64,000 nucleotides of DNA, taken from Trichoplax sp. H2. Its lineage: Eukaryota. The translations under genes were made by a program, and so were the position numbers. Location: NCBI GenBank assembly GCA_003344405.1, contig NOWV01000032.1, forward strand, positions 186,001-250,000. Reading direction: 5' to 3'. The notes under the pieces are model-generated. The model was not told where the DNA came from, made no database searches, and was given only the letters and a program-made list of their open reading frames with translations. Position 1 is the stretch's first letter, and each line of letters starts with the position of its first letter. Positions 62,475 to 64,000 of this stretch are shown here, piece after piece.

Positions 62475-63206
62475 TCAATACTCAAATAATTTTATCTTAA
62501 ATAGATCCTTGTCTGCACATTCACGACTTCTATTAAAATAATAAAAGTATCCATCCTTTTTTCTCTGTAGCTTCTTTACAAATCCAGATTCGGGCCATCT
62601 TTCAACCTAGATAATAGATACAATTAAAAATACCACCACCGTTAAAGATAACATGACCGTAATATAAACTCGCTTTTAAGAGGCTCTATTCCATAATTAT
62701 CCGGTCGAAGCATATAGTCAATAACTGGTTGTAGTATTAAAGCTGCTTTATGGCAGAAAGACAACTAGCACGAATACGTTATAAGAATAAGAATTTAAGA
62801 AAATTTTTAATAGTAATAAGCAGTAAATATTTGTAGATTGTAGAGCTATGAATCCTTAAATGCGGTATACATATCAAATTCACCTCTGAATTATCGCCAA
62901 CAGAGCAATATTCTATTTCATCGCGATATCCTGCTAATTGAAATCTGTAGGCTATATGACACATCAATTACAAACTAGTAATTAGCTTCATTTCGAAATT
63001 TGTTATAATGTATGTTAAATACGTGAAAATATGTGATTTTTTTTACAGTTTTTACTGCTATAACAATAAACACCGATAATAACTATTTCCTATACGTTAT
63101 CAAATGGGCGTTGCAGTTATAATACCGTACCATCTTCCACCGCAGGATTCCAAATCTTAGGACGCATCATTGATTTTGGCTTTCGATACATAACTGTAGT
63201 GGCCAT
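62475..63206 (-). CDS. MEIG1: Meiosis expressed gene 1 protein, 91 aa (exons 63206-63131, 62951-62884, 62606-62475)
   Basis: Spliced product [91 protein letters not shown]. It carries the MEIG1 signatures YRFQxAGYRDE and RWPExGxVKKLQ. Confidence 0.93.
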
Positions 63207-63966
63207 TCTTATTTTGAGAAAAAATTCAAAGTAAATAAATATATCATCTTATGATTACATAGTTTTATAATGTGCCATAGAATGTAAATTTATCAAGATA
63301 TCATAAACATTCATTACAGAATACTGTATAGAGTGGAAACTCAAGTTATTTTTTATTTATTAGATATCTTAAGTGTGTATAATCTTGGTAAGAGATCCTC
63401 ACACAAATCTTGACTCTAGATACTAGTAAGATATGATACCGTGCTACTTTAGTAGTACATCTCATATTACTAAATTTACATTAGGAAAATTGTAATAACA
63501 TACGATAACAACCAGGTACAGTATAGATATTATGTAATCTAAAGTGAAGATTATATTCGTACTATAGCGTTTAATATTTAAACAAGCGTACTACTACTTG
63601 CACCCGAAGATATAGATCTGAATAGTATTTATGAAAGAAAAGATATCATCAATGCCTCGTATATGAGTATTTGTTATCACTTATGTCATTCTCTCTTTAC
63701 CTGTTTCTTCCCAATAGCGCGAGTATTAAGGTGGCAATAAGCTAGTAATCCAAAAATTGCTAAGTTACGAATGAAATCACGGGTATATACGTACAACTGC
63801 ACTTATTTTATAAACAGGCCAACTATTGATGGTCAAATCTAAATTTAGGCCCTTTAATACTGATTGTAAGACGGATTAATACCAACTGTACTTGGACGTG
63901 CAACATTTAAATAGTTAAGCTCAGTATTAATGTATGTTTCAATGTTATGATTCCATGGAAACCTAA

Positions 63967-64000
63967 CTGTACTATACAGTGTACAGTGCACAGTATACAG
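63967..64000. repeat. Start of another TACAG-type cluster upstream of MEIG1, truncated by the window edge
   Basis: ctgtactatacagtgtacagtgcacagtatacag. Confidence 0.55.

Overview
This is AT-rich eukaryotic DNA with compact genes, short GT-AG introns and animal-type proteins. The architecture is most consistent with a placozoan such as Trichoplax, which is an inference. I reconstructed ten genes by hand: biotinidase/vanin (+), SLC38A10 (-), WDR45B/WIPI3 (+), PGAP1 (-), a trefoil + GH31 alpha-glucosidase (+), an intronless F-box/ankyrin gene (-), USP31/43 (-), LCMT1 (-), MXRA7 (+) and NDE1/NDEL1 (-). MEIG1 (-) is an eleventh, and a twelfth gene may run off the left edge. The most striking unexplained pattern is clusters of orientation-switching (TACAG/CTGTA)n pentamer repeats. 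They lie just upstream of every gene start, including all divergent promoter pairs, and dense clusters are nearly absent elsewhere. Also notable are the single-exon N-terminal F-box + ankyrin protein, apparent ancient linkage with human 17q25/16p genes, and a small TIR-bounded insertion in a glucosidase intron. Multi-exon coordinates are gene spans from start to stop; exon boundaries were read manually.
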